A stretch of 64,000 nucleotides of DNA from an uncultured delta proteobacterium (GCA_963755125.1 CAVWIP010000002.1:128001-192000); one strand, 5' to 3'. Positions 10,261 through 19,939 are shown, counted from the stretch's first letter. Notes: a model not told the origin generated them from the sequence alone. Made by a program: numbers and translations.

Positions 10261-11270
10261 GCCGCGACGCGATTGTACAGAAGCACGGCGCAGGCGGCCC
10301 GGCCATGCGCGCGCTCATTGAGAAGGTTTTCGTCGCGGGGCTCGGCCCGGCCGGCGCGGGCCTGGCTGCCATGGACGACGGCGCGGCGATTGCGGTCGGC
10401 GATCGCTTCCTGGTGTTGACCACCGACTCCTATGTCGTCAAGCCGCTCTTCTTTCCCGGCGGCGACATTGGCCGACTGGCCATTTGCGGCACCGTCAATG
10501 ACCTGTCGATGATGGGCGCCACCGAGCCCCTGGGTCTCACCTGCGCCGTCGTCATCGAGGCTGGCTTTGCCATCGCCGATCTGGAACGCATTCGCGATTC
10601 GATGCGCGCCGCCTGTGCCGAGGCTGGTGTCTGCATCGTGACCGGCGACACCAAGGTCATGGGCAAGGGCGAGTTGGACGGAATCGCGATCAACACCGCG
10701 GGCGTGGGTTTTGCCAATCGGGTGGTGCCCGATTCCGGTCTGCGGCCCGGGGATCGCATCATCGTCACGGGCAGCGTGGGCGATCACGGTTTCGCAGTCA
10801 TGGCTGCGCGACACAAGTTGCAACTCGAAGGCGCGCTGGTCTCGGACGTGGCGCCGCTCAATGGATTGGTACGCGCGGCACTGGCTGTTGGCGGCGAGCA
10901 CATCAGCGCCATGAAAGATCCAACCCGCGGCGGTCTGTCGAGCGCGCTACACGAGATGGCCGCCAAGGGTCAGGTGGGTATCGTGCTCGACGAGGTATCT
11001 TTGCCGGTGCGGCCCGAGGTGCGCGCGGCCAGCGAGCTTCTGGGCATCGATCCCCTGCACGTGGCCAACGAAGGCAAGGCGGTGATCGGTGTGCGCGCAG
11101 AGGCCGCCGACCGCGTGTTGCAAGCCCTGCAGGCCCACCCTCTGGGCCGCGACGCCGCGATCATCGGCACCAGCGTGGCCGAGCGGCCCGGCTCCGTGAT
11201 CCTCGATACCGGCTTCGGCCGGCGCCTGCTGGCAGAGCCGGATGGCGAACTGCTGCCCAGGATTTGCTGA
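10257..11270 (+). CDS. hypE: Hydrogenase maturation protein HypE
   Basis: HGAGG, TTDSYVVKPLFFPGGDIG, DPTRGG, ANEGK, C-terminal PRIC. Confidence 0.96.
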   Translation: MSRDAIVQKHGAGGPAMRALIEKVFVAGLGPAGAGLAAMDDGAAIAVGDRFLVLTTDSYVVKPLFFPGGDIGRLAICGTVNDLSMMGATEPLGLTCAVVIEAGFAIADLERIRDSMRAACAEAGVCIVTGDTKVMGKGELDGIAINTAGVGFANRVVPDSGLRPGDRIIVTGSVGDHGFAVMAARHKLQLEGALVSDVAPLNGLVRAALAVGGEHISAMKDPTRGGLSSALHEMAAKGQVGIVLDEVSLPVRPEVRAASELLGIDPLHVANEGKAVIGVRAEAADRVLQALQAHPLGRDAAIIGTSVAERPGSVILDTGFGRRLLAEPDGELLPRIC

Positions 11271-11283
11271 CGGCGTTGCGTGG

Positions 11284-12102
11284 TTACATCGCAAACGCAA
11301 TCCCGGTCACGCTGACCTTCGCGACGCGGTTGAGCCAGGCCAACCAGCGCACTCGAGGATAGTAGTAGCGGGCGATGTCCACGACCGCGATGCCAAATAT
11401 CATCGAGCTGAGCAGGAGGCGCGGGGCGCCGCCATCCCGGGAGATGCCGCGGATGTCGCCGTCGGTGGGCTCCACACCCGTCCAGTTGGCGAGCACATAG
11501 CCGATGGACAACAGAGTATTGAGTGCCAGCATGCCCTTGCGAAAGGGCGCGTCGTCCGTGCGCAGTCCCGGTCGCCAGGTCAGCATGACCTCGTCCTCGT
11601 AGTGCTGGCACTGGATGCCCGCCGACACGATGGTGTACAGCCCGGGCCGGCCGGCCCAGTAGTGTTCGCCATTGCTCTTGGTGCAGTCACCGCCCCGGCA
11701 ACGGATCGACGGAACGATGGCAAAGTAGGGAATGAAACCCAGGAAGGTCACGGGCTCGAAGCTGGGCCGGTTGCCCGTGGCCAGGTTGGCGAGCAGGTGG
11801 CAGGACTCGTGCGCCGCCAGGGCGGTGACCGCGCCGCCGGCGAAGATGGCAGTCGAGCGCCATGTGAATGGCGGAGGCATAGGTTCAACCGGCGTGGCAG
11901 CGACAGGCAAAACGGGTTTCGGTGACTTGGGCTGCGGGCTTTCGGCCAGCGGTGCGGTCGCGACCGGCGCTCGCTCCCCAGGGGGCGATTCGGGTGTGGG
12001 CGTTTCCTGAGCGACTGTCACTCGGGCAGCCAGCACGGACGCAATGGACACCAGCACCGCCAGAGCGCCGCCACCGCAACGGTCAGAGAGCCACGCCGGC
12101 AT
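11284..12102 (-). CDS. Hypothetical membrane protein with HExxH motif (possible zinc peptidase)
   Basis: Signal-like N-terminus, Pro-rich linker, AAHESCHLL in a hydrophobic helix, further TM segments. Start uncertain. Confidence 0.55.
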   Translation of the reverse strand: MPAWLSDRCGGGALAVLVSIASVLAARVTVAQETPTPESPPGERAPVATAPLAESPQPKSPKPVLPVAATPVEPMPPPFTWRSTAIFAGGAVTALAAHESCHLLANLATGNRPSFEPVTFLGFIPYFAIVPSIRCRGGDCTKSNGEHYWAGRPGLYTIVSAGIQCQHYEDEVMLTWRPGLRTDDAPFRKGMLALNTLLSIGYVLANWTGVEPTDGDIRGISRDGGAPRLLLSSMIFGIAVVDIARYYYPRVRWLAWLNRVAKVSVTGIAFAM

Positions 12103-12119
12103 GCCCGCCCGCACGGTAC

Positions 12120-13196
12120 CTACTCGCGAATCCAGTTCACCACGAAGAGACCATGCCCGCCCTGGATGCCGGTGCCGGTGCTGTTGAGGGCGCCACCCGC
12201 GTCGGTGCTCAGCATGTTGTCGGGCCATGGTCCGTCGACCGGGGCGTTGGGGCTCAGGATGCAGCTCGCGTCGGTGCCCTCATCGAGCTTCCAGGCTACC
12301 CCGCTGATGTCGTTCTGTGACATCCACGCGAACCAAAGGTTGGCCTCGTCCTCGCAGACGTAATCGTGGTTGGCGCTGACCAAACCCCCGTCCGAGTAGG
12401 TCGCACCGAACTCGGTCACGAAGAGCGCGATGCCGGCGGCAATGGCGGTGTTGCCCCTGTCGCGCAGCGACTGCGTGTGGGTACACGAGTAGAAGTGCAG
12501 GGTGTAGAGCAAATTGGTTCCGGCGACTGGGTCCGCGGCCGCTTCATCCACGTATTGCGACCAGTTGGGCGTGCCCAGCACAATCAAGTTGTCCGGATCC
12601 ACTGAGCGGATCGCCGCGACCACGACCTCGTGGTAGGCCTTGATCTGCGCCCAGGTGAACCCGTTCGGCTCGTTGTAGGGCTCCCAGATGACGTTGGGAT
12701 AGGCGCCGTACTTGGTCGCCATGTCGGTGAAGAACGCAACCGCCTGGTCCTGCTGGTTCACGGCCTGCTCGGTGTGCCAGTCGACCAGCACGTATACGCC
12801 AAGAGCGATCGCGTTCTGGACGACCGTGTCGACCTGGGCCTGCAGGCCCGAGGAAACCGGGGGCGGCGTTGCGGCACGGATCACCGACAGCTTCCAGTTG
12901 TCGCGCATGAACGCGAGAGCCGGCTTGCTCTCGGCAAAGGGCGCACTCTCCTCGGTGAGCCACATGCTGCTCACGCCCTTGAGCTGGACAGGCGCGCCTG
13001 CGGCGTCCAGAAGCTGGGTTCCCACGACCTGGAGCTGGCCGTGCACCGCCACCGGCGAGCCAGCCGGCGCAGCCGTGGCCACCGGTGGAGGAGTCCAGGG
13101 GACGATCTGGGGTGGATCACTGGCGCAGGCCAGGGTCAAGCAGGGCACCATGAAGAGGGCTACGGACAGAGTGTGTGTGCGCACTTGTGCATCCAT
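12120..13196 (-). CDS. Glycoside hydrolase family 5 (endoglucanase-like), probable lipoprotein
   Basis: HGQLQVVGTQL, YVLVDWH, acid/base YNEP, LHFY, nucleophile VTEFG; Cys-containing signal (LACAS). Confidence 0.9.
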   Translation of the reverse strand: MDAQVRTHTLSVALFMVPCLTLACASDPPQIVPWTPPPVATAAPAGSPVAVHGQLQVVGTQLLDAAGAPVQLKGVSSMWLTEESAPFAESKPALAFMRDNWKLSVIRAATPPPVSSGLQAQVDTVVQNAIALGVYVLVDWHTEQAVNQQDQAVAFFTDMATKYGAYPNVIWEPYNEPNGFTWAQIKAYHEVVVAAIRSVDPDNLIVLGTPNWSQYVDEAAADPVAGTNLLYTLHFYSCTHTQSLRDRGNTAIAAGIALFVTEFGATYSDGGLVSANHDYVCEDEANLWFAWMSQNDISGVAWKLDEGTDASCILSPNAPVDGPWPDNMLSTDAGGALNSTGTGIQGGHGLFVVNWIRE

Positions 13197-13345
13197 TTCA
13201 ATTGGGAGAGTTGCGAACCGGCGGGCAAGGGCCACTTCTATCCCTGACGTTGCTGGTCCCTACTGCACCGTATGGTCAAGCCTCGGTTGTAGCGGACTCG
13301 ATGGCCTGGAGCACGAACGATTTTCCACGGTGTAGACTGCCTGCC

Positions 13346-13747
13346 ATGTCGCGTCCCACGGCCGTGCACCACATCGCCATCAAGGTCCGGGATCTGACAC
13401 GCGCCGAGCACTTCTTCGTGCAGACGCTGGGCCTTGTGGTGCTGCGGCGCTGGCCTGCGCAGGATGGCGCGGGCGAGCGCTCGCTCTGGCTCGACCTGGG
13501 GGCGGGCGCGTTTCTGGCGCTGGAGAAATCGTCGAGCCAGCGCGAACCGCCGGCGGACGGGCCCGGGCTGCACCTGCTCGCCCTGCGCATCGAGCGCGCC
13601 GAGCGCCGGGCGTGGATAGAGCGCCTGGCCAACGCAGGCGTGCCGCTCTGTGCGCAGACGGCATTCACCATATACTGCAAGGATCCCGAGGGCAATCGCA
13701 TTGGCCTGTCGCACTGGCCTGATCCGGTGCAGGGCGAAGCGGAGTAG
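13346..13747 (+). CDS. VOC/glyoxalase family protein
   Basis: HHIAIKVRDL, GLHLLAL, DPEGNRIGL. Confidence 0.85.
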   Translation: MSRPTAVHHIAIKVRDLTRAEHFFVQTLGLVVLRRWPAQDGAGERSLWLDLGAGAFLALEKSSSQREPPADGPGLHLLALRIERAERRAWIERLANAGVPLCAQTAFTIYCKDPEGNRIGLSHWPDPVQGEAE

Positions 13748-13756
13748 ACTCTGTCC

Positions 13757-14008
13757 ATGCGCGCCGTTTTCGTCATGCTGAAGACCGACCCGGGCCACGT
13801 GACCGAGGTGGCCAATTGCATCGCCGAGATCGAAAGCTTCTCGGAAGCCTATAGCATCGGCGGGCAGTACGACCTGCTGGTCAAGCTGTACGTGGATGAC
13901 GTGGACGGTGTGGGTCGGCTCATCGAGCGGCAGATCCATCCCATCCCGCACATCCGCGAGACCTACACGCTGTTGACCTTCGAGGCCTTCGGGGCCCCGG
14001 GCGGGTAG
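13757..14008 (+). CDS. Stand-alone Lrp/AsnC ligand-binding (RAM) domain protein
   Basis: 83 aa: AVFVMLK...YSIGGQYDLLVK...IRETYTL; no HTH. Confidence 0.85.
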   Translation: MRAVFVMLKTDPGHVTEVANCIAEIESFSEAYSIGGQYDLLVKLYVDDVDGVGRLIERQIHPIPHIRETYTLLTFEAFGAPGG

Positions 14009-14103
14009 GCGTGGGCGCTCGCCCCGGGGGCTGCTACACTCACGCAATAAAGGAGTGCGGTGGTCTGGTTTTGCGGGTTTTCACCGAGTCGGAGGACAAC
14101 ACC

Positions 14104-14418
14104 ATGGCGTTCAGACAGATAGCTCTTTTCGTGACCTTGCTGGCTCTCGGCGGCTGTGGCGCTCCCCAGCTCGGTGCAAGCCATCCCGGCTACGGCAAGC
14201 AGCCCGATTGCTGGACCTCGGGCTGCCACGATCGCAGCCACACCATGCGACCAACCTACTGGCCGTACCAGTGCGCCGGCTGTCACGATAGCAACGGCGC
14301 GCCTCCCAGCCACGTTCCCCAATCGGCCGACCCCTGCGCGCCCTGCCACGGTCAGATGCACGGCGGACCCGCAGCCGGATTTATCGACCCCGTCGCCTGC
14401 GACGCCTGTCACGGCTGA
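14104..14418 (+). CDS. Small tetraheme c-type cytochrome lipoprotein
   Basis: GGAGGA RBS; signal with lipobox-like LGGC; CWTSGCH, CAGCH, CAPCH, CDACH. Confidence 0.8.
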   Translation: MAFRQIALFVTLLALGGCGAPQLGASHPGYGKQPDCWTSGCHDRSHTMRPTYWPYQCAGCHDSNGAPPSHVPQSADPCAPCHGQMHGGPAAGFIDPVACDACHG

Positions 14419-14447
14419 AGCGCGGTTTGTCTGACCCGTGGCACAGT

Positions 14448-15152
14448 TCAGACGTCGTGCCGTGAGGTGATGGCCTGGCGGGCGAGCTGGTCGCAGCGCT
14501 CGTTGTTGTCCACGCCGGCGTGGCCAGCCACCTTGACGAGTTTGACCTGCGGGAAAGTCGCCAGTTGCTCGCGCAGGCTGGCCACAAGTTCTTGGTTGGC
14601 CTTGGCCTTCCAGCCCTTGCCCAGCAGGCCGAGCGCGTAGCTGGAGTCGCTGTAGATGCGAATGGGCCGCGTATGATCGGGCGCCAGCTCGGCTGCCAGG
14701 TCGAGCCCGCGCGAAATGGCGGTCAGCTCGGCGATGTTGTTGGTGCCCACGCCCAGGTATTCGCCGTGTTCTGCGCGCTCGCGGTCGGCGACGATCACGA
14801 TGCCGATGCCCATGGGCCCGGGGTTGCCGGAACAGGCCCCGTCGGTCCACACGTGAATCGTGCCGGGAGCGCGGTCGTCGGTGGCAGACGACGAGTGCGC
14901 CCGAGGCCGCGCATGAGACGGAGACGCGGGCGCTGCACGAGGCGCGCGCGGGGCATGGCCAAACGGCGCGGGCTCGTCCCCTTGCTCGGCCAGCGGCAGC
15001 AGATTGCTGGGCGAGGGCCGGTAACTCTTGGCATCTTCTTGGCGGTACTTCATCTCGGCCCGGCCTTCGCTGTCCAGAACCGGCCGCTGGTCAGCACCTA
15101 CCTGTACCCAGACCGGCTGGCCCTTGAAGCTCATGCGTGACCAAGACATCAT
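14448..15152 (-). CDS. rnhA: Ribonuclease HI with N-terminal extra domain
   Basis: TDGACSGNPG, TNNIAEL, YSDSSY, GHAG..NERCDQLA. Confidence 0.92.
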   Translation of the reverse strand: MMSWSRMSFKGQPVWVQVGADQRPVLDSEGRAEMKYRQEDAKSYRPSPSNLLPLAEQGDEPAPFGHAPRAPRAAPASPSHARPRAHSSSATDDRAPGTIHVWTDGACSGNPGPMGIGIVIVADRERAEHGEYLGVGTNNIAELTAISRGLDLAAELAPDHTRPIRIYSDSSYALGLLGKGWKAKANQELVASLREQLATFPQVKLVKVAGHAGVDNNERCDQLARQAITSRHDV

Positions 15153-15271
15153 GGCCGCCCACTATGGCTGAATCCGCTCGCGACTTTCCACAGCTTCTTG
15201 AACAGACGGGAAGGCTCTCCGCGTTGTCCACTGGTTCGCGCCTTCTTCAAAAAAACGAGTAACCTCCCGCC

Positions 15272-16789
15272 GTGACCGAAACAGACAAGACCACTGACCG
15301 CGCCGTCGAAGTGGGACACGGCGTGCTCTTCATCGGATTCGCCAAGGCCTCGTTCATGGTGTTCGGGGCCTTGCAGAAGTTCCTGCTTGCCCGCGTGGTG
15401 GACCAGGCTGCGTACGGCGCCTTCTCGGTGGTGAACAACGCCATCTCCATCGTCAACAACACCATCGTACAGGGGACCATCCAGTCGGTGTCCAAGTTCA
15501 CCGCCGAGGACGACCGTCGGGCCGGTGCGGTCCAGCGCGCGGGCCTGAAGTTGCAGGTCTTTCTGGGCGTCGGCGTGGCGCTGGCTTTTCTGCTGGCGGC
15601 GCCGGTCATCGCCGGATTCGTGCATGCGCCCGAGCACACCTCGCTGTTCCGCCTGGTCGCGGCCATCCCACTGCTCTACGCGTTCTATTCGGTGTTCGTG
15701 GGCACGGCGAACGGGCAGCGCCGGTTTCACGTGCAGGCCAGCTTCGACGTGGGCTTCTCGATCAGCAAGACGGCGCTGCTGCTGGGCGGGGCGGTGCTGG
15801 GCGGCAGGATGGGGCACTCCGCGGCGGGCGCGTTCACTGGCTTCATCGCCGCGGCGCTGATCATCCTGCTGGTGGCGGGGCGCAAGATGTGGTCGCCCGC
15901 CGGAGGAGTCCGCTTCGCACCCTGGCGCCTGGTGGCCTTCATGGGCGGCACGGTGGCGTACACCCTGCTCATCAATCTGGCGCTCAGCTACGATTCGCTG
16001 CTTTTGCGTCGCTTCGCCGGCGCTGCGTTGGTCGGGTGGGGCGTGCGGGCCGACATGCTGCTCGGCACCTACGAGGCGGTTCGCAGCCTGGCGCTGCTGC
16101 CCTACCAGGCGCTGCTGGTGGTGACCTTCGTGATTTTTCCGCTGGTCTCGCGTTCCACCTTTGCCGAGGATCGCGAGGCGACCCGAGCCTACGTGCGGCA
16201 GACTCTTCGCTACGCGCTCATCTTCGGCGCGGCTATGGCAGTGGTGCTGGGCGCGCGCCCTGAAACCTTGTTGCGGATCTTCTATCCGGCCGGCTACGCC
16301 GCCGGCGCCGCAGCCCTTCCCATTTTGGCGGCCGGGGTGGTCGCGCTGGCGTTGCTGTCGATTGCCGGCTCGATCGTGACGGCGTCCGGTCGGCCCGATG
16401 TTGCGGTGGCGTTGGTGGCAGTCACCCTGGTTGCGGGCACTGGCCTGGCATTCACGCTGGTTCCGCGCGCCATCCCAGGCCCGGCCATGTTGTCAGCGGC
16501 AGCCATGTCGACCGCAGCCGGCATGCTGGTCGGTTTCCTGACGGCGCTGGGCTATCTGTGGCGTCGGTTCAAGGCCGGGCTGCCCCTCCTGTCGGTGTTG
16601 CGCGTGCTGGTCGCAACGGCTCTTGCCATCGCGGCAGCGCGGGTCGTTCCCGGCTCGGGCAAGCTGATGGGCCTTGCGGCCATGGCGGCGGCCGGGCTGG
16701 TGTTCGCGGCGGCATTGGCGGCGACGCGCGAATTCGGCGCCACCGATCGTGAGAAGTTCCTCAAGATCCTGCACCGCAAACGCGCGTAA
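15272..16789 (+). CDS. MOP-superfamily oligosaccharide flippase (Wzx/MurJ-like)
   Basis: 505 aa, about 14 hydrophobic segments, LARVV...YGAF pattern, 'LGTY.AVRSLA.LP' second repeat. Confidence 0.8.
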   Translation: MTETDKTTDRAVEVGHGVLFIGFAKASFMVFGALQKFLLARVVDQAAYGAFSVVNNAISIVNNTIVQGTIQSVSKFTAEDDRRAGAVQRAGLKLQVFLGVGVALAFLLAAPVIAGFVHAPEHTSLFRLVAAIPLLYAFYSVFVGTANGQRRFHVQASFDVGFSISKTALLLGGAVLGGRMGHSAAGAFTGFIAAALIILLVAGRKMWSPAGGVRFAPWRLVAFMGGTVAYTLLINLALSYDSLLLRRFAGAALVGWGVRADMLLGTYEAVRSLALLPYQALLVVTFVIFPLVSRSTFAEDREATRAYVRQTLRYALIFGAAMAVVLGARPETLLRIFYPAGYAAGAAALPILAAGVVALALLSIAGSIVTASGRPDVAVALVAVTLVAGTGLAFTLVPRAIPGPAMLSAAAMSTAAGMLVGFLTALGYLWRRFKAGLPLLSVLRVLVATALAIAAARVVPGSGKLMGLAAMAAAGLVFAAALAATREFGATDREKFLKILHRKRA

Positions 16790-17009
16790 CTCGTGATCCC
16801 GCGCCAACTGCAGCAGGTCGTGGCCGTGGTCGTGGCCGCGGCCGAACCGTGTACGTGACGAAGGCGGAAAAGGATCGCCTCTCCGCGCGCTACTATTACA
16901 TTCTTGGCGCAGGTGTCTTGGCGATACTCGCGGAATTCGCCAGGCGCGTGGCCGTGGCAGCTGGGGTCGGGGAAAAGAAGAAGTGCGACTCAGGATAGGT
17001 GTTGGGCTG

Positions 17010-17432
17010 TCACTCCTCGTGCTTGTCGCCCATGTCGTGCAGGCGCGCGTAGATGCGCGGCCCCAGGCTGGACACCATCAACTTTTCCACCTCGCGTTCG
17101 ACCTGCTCCTGCTGATCGACGTCCTTGTAGATGAAGCGGATGCCCATGCCGGGCGTATTGACTTCGCTGCCATCGTCATTGTGGCGTGTCTCGCCCTCGT
17201 GCAAGACCCAGCGCACTTCCCCCAGCAGGACCATGGGCTCGTCGTTGTTGGGCACAAGCAGCTTGAACAGGAACTGGGTTCCCACGTCGAGCGGCTTGGT
17301 GGTCTGGATGAAGGTGCCGCCTTTGGAGATGTTCTTGGTGTAGTCGTAGAAGAACCGGTTGAGACGCTGGTACTCGACCCTGAGCTCGATGGGGGCCCGT
17401 TCCTCCTGGCGGCGCTCGTGGGGCTGCGGCAT
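17010..17432 (-). CDS. PilZ-domain protein (myxobacterial TIGR02266-like)
   Basis: RQEER (RxxxR), NISKGG (D/NxSxxG), GEVRWV, GMGIRF. Confidence 0.9.
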   Translation of the reverse strand: MPQPHERRQEERAPIELRVEYQRLNRFFYDYTKNISKGGTFIQTTKPLDVGTQFLFKLLVPNNDEPMVLLGEVRWVLHEGETRHNDDGSEVNTPGMGIRFIYKDVDQQEQVEREVEKLMVSSLGPRIYARLHDMGDKHEE

Positions 17433-17446
17433 CCTGTGTCTCAGCC

Positions 17447-19828
17447 GTGATCGTTACACGCGCCGCCACCTGGATCAATCACCGTTTCGGCCTGCGACCC
17501 TTGATCTGGGGTGGCGTGCTGGCGCTGGCTGCGCTGGCGCTCGATTTCGTGCCGCTCTTCGACCTGCTGGGCTTCGACTTTTCCTTCGCGCTCGGTCTGG
17601 GTGCCGCCTTTGCCGGGGCCGATGTCGGCCAGGGCGCCGCGACCGCGGCCCGGCGCGCGCATCGTCGAGTGTCGCTGCTGTCGCTGGTGTTCTCTGCTTC
17701 GGCCGCCGGTCTGGCGCTGCTGGCGGCGCCGCTGCTGCTGTCGCTGGCAAACGCCCTGCGCGTGCGCAACTGCAATCTGCCGGTGGGTCTGGCCTTCTAC
17801 GCCCTGTTGCCCGTGGCCAGCGTGCTGGTGGCGGCGCCCGCGGGCGTGCTGGCAGGCGTGCTGGTGCGCGGACCACGTTTCGGGCGCGCAGTTGCTTTCA
17901 TGGTTCCGGCCGTATCAATCGTGTGGGCTCTGCTTCGCCTGTACCTGGACCCGCCCGTATTTGCCCTGGACCCGTTTGGCGGCTACTTCCCCGGTCCGAT
18001 CTACGACGAGGGCCTGCGCCCGTCGGCACGCCTTGTGTGGTTCCGTCTGGCCAATCTGACCTGGATTGCCACGGCGGTGGCGCTCACCGGTTGTTTCAGC
18101 CGCGGAGGTCAGCCCGACGAAGCGGGGCCGCCCAGGCTTGCCTGGCACTCTTTCCCGTCATGGCTGGTGCTGGCCAGGTGGGTGGAAGTCACTTTCGTCT
18201 TGCTGGTAGGCTCCGTGCTCTGGTTCGGTTTTCGCGCCGAGCTTGGCTTTCACCTGACCAAGGACGATCTGGTCCGCGTGCTGTCGCGGCGGACACACAG
18301 CGAGCACTTCGTGATGTGGAGCGATCCCACCGGGGACACGCCCGCCGAGATTGCGCTGGTGCACAGGGATCTCGAGTTCCGCTACCACCAGTTGCGCGCC
18401 ATCCTGGGCAGCGAGCCGCGCGCGCCCATCACCGTGTATCGTTTCTCCTCCGCGCAGGAGAAGAAGAATCTGGTCGGCGCCGGGGCCACGCTCTTCGCGA
18501 AACCCTGGCTGCGCGAGATCTACGTGCAGGCCGAACATTTTCCAGCGTCCCGGCTGCGCCACGAGCTGGCCCACGTCTTTGCCGGCGCGTTTGGCGATTC
18601 GCTCTTCGGGGTCTCGCTAGCGTGGCGCTGGTGGGGGCCGCTGCCGGTTCCGCGCCTTGCTACCGGGCTCATCGAAGGCGTGGCCGAGGCCGCGGACTTC
18701 AGCGATCCCGACGGGCGCGTGACCCTGCACCAGCAGGCGCGGGCCATGATCGCGCTCGGCCAGGCGCCGTCCCTGGCGCGGGTCATGGGCGCCGGTTTCA
18801 GCGCCGAGTCTGGCGTGCGCGCCTATGTACTAACGGGATCGTTCTGTCGCTTCCTGCTCGATAGCTTCGGGGCGGACAAGTTGCGTGCGGTTTACCGTTG
18901 GGCCGGCGATTTTGCGGCGGTGTACGGTTTGTCACTGGCCGAGTTGGAGAAGTCGTGGCGGGCGTTCTTGGATACTCAGCCATTGGATGCGCTGGACGAG
19001 GCGCGCGCCAAGGAGCGTTTTCGTAAGCCTGCCATTTTTCGCAAAGTCTGTGCGCGCGAACTGGCCGAGCGCGTGGCCGAGGCGCGGGAACGAATCGGCT
19101 CCATGCCGGACGCGGCGGCGAGCCTGCTAGACAGCGTGTGCCGGGACGATCCCGACGAGCCGGCCTACCGCTTGGATCGGGCCGAGGCACTGGCGGCAGC
19201 CGGCGCCACCGACAAGGCCTTGGCCCTGGCCAGGCCGATGCTCGACGACGAGTCGCTGACATGGCCCGTGCGTGGCCGGGCTGCCAATTTGATCGGCACG
19301 ATCGAGTTTCACGCCGGCCACTTCGCCGATGCCGCCGCAGCGGCGGAGCGCAGCCTGGCGCTTGCCACCGATGAGAACGAGCTGCGCATGGCCTGGGCCA
19401 AGCGGCGCGCCCTGGCCGACGAAGGCGCTCGCCGGACCCTGGGCCGCTCGCTGTTTGGCGATGGCCTTGCGCGCTCCACTGACCCGGCTCTGGTGGTTTT
19501 CCTGGTGGACGAGTTTGCCCGCCTTCACCCCGACGAGGCGCTGGGATTTTATCTGGTGGGACGCCAGCTCGCTGGCCGGGATCCACGCCTGGCGCTGACT
19601 CCTCTGGCTCAGGCTTGCCCGCTCGATGGATCGGGGATGAGCGTCGCCCTCGAGCCGGCCTTTCTGAAGGAATGCCGGCAACTCTACGGCGAGTCAGCGT
19701 TCCTCGCCGGCGATCTCTCTCTCGCTCGTCATATCTACGCACTCCTGCGGGACCATGCGACGCTCGAAGCCGATCGGCTGCGCGCCATCGACTTTTTGGA
19801 ACGCATCGATTGGCAAGCGAGCCACTAG
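17447..19828 (+). CDS. Membrane protein with zincin-like (HELAH) domain and C-terminal TPR-like helices
   Basis: N-terminal multi-TM region, LRHELAHV plus downstream IEGVAE, Ala-rich helical repeats. Confidence 0.7.
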   Translation: MIVTRAATWINHRFGLRPLIWGGVLALAALALDFVPLFDLLGFDFSFALGLGAAFAGADVGQGAATAARRAHRRVSLLSLVFSASAAGLALLAAPLLLSLANALRVRNCNLPVGLAFYALLPVASVLVAAPAGVLAGVLVRGPRFGRAVAFMVPAVSIVWALLRLYLDPPVFALDPFGGYFPGPIYDEGLRPSARLVWFRLANLTWIATAVALTGCFSRGGQPDEAGPPRLAWHSFPSWLVLARWVEVTFVLLVGSVLWFGFRAELGFHLTKDDLVRVLSRRTHSEHFVMWSDPTGDTPAEIALVHRDLEFRYHQLRAILGSEPRAPITVYRFSSAQEKKNLVGAGATLFAKPWLREIYVQAEHFPASRLRHELAHVFAGAFGDSLFGVSLAWRWWGPLPVPRLATGLIEGVAEAADFSDPDGRVTLHQQARAMIALGQAPSLARVMGAGFSAESGVRAYVLTGSFCRFLLDSFGADKLRAVYRWAGDFAAVYGLSLAELEKSWRAFLDTQPLDALDEARAKERFRKPAIFRKVCARELAERVAEARERIGSMPDAAASLLDSVCRDDPDEPAYRLDRAEALAAAGATDKALALARPMLDDESLTWPVRGRAANLIGTIEFHAGHFADAAAAAERSLALATDENELRMAWAKRRALADEGARRTLGRSLFGDGLARSTDPALVVFLVDEFARLHPDEALGFYLVGRQLAGRDPRLALTPLAQACPLDGSGMSVALEPAFLKECRQLYGESAFLAGDLSLARHIYALLRDHATLEADRLRAIDFLERIDWQASH

Positions 19829-19843
19829 CGCGGCGATTGGTTA

Positions 19844-19881
19844 CCTCGCCCACGCCGAACGCAATCTGCGCGGCGGATGAG
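19844..19881 (+). repeat. 38-bp direct repeat copy 1 (3' end of ATPase-like gene, LAHAERNLRGG-stop)
   Basis: cctcgcccacgccgaacgcaatctgcgcggcggatgag matches 24533-24570 at 36/38. Confidence 0.9.
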
Positions 19882-19939
19882 TCCTTGCATGGAGTGTCCG
19901 CGTCTTCGTGAACTCCCTCGTTCACCATCCTTTTTGCGC

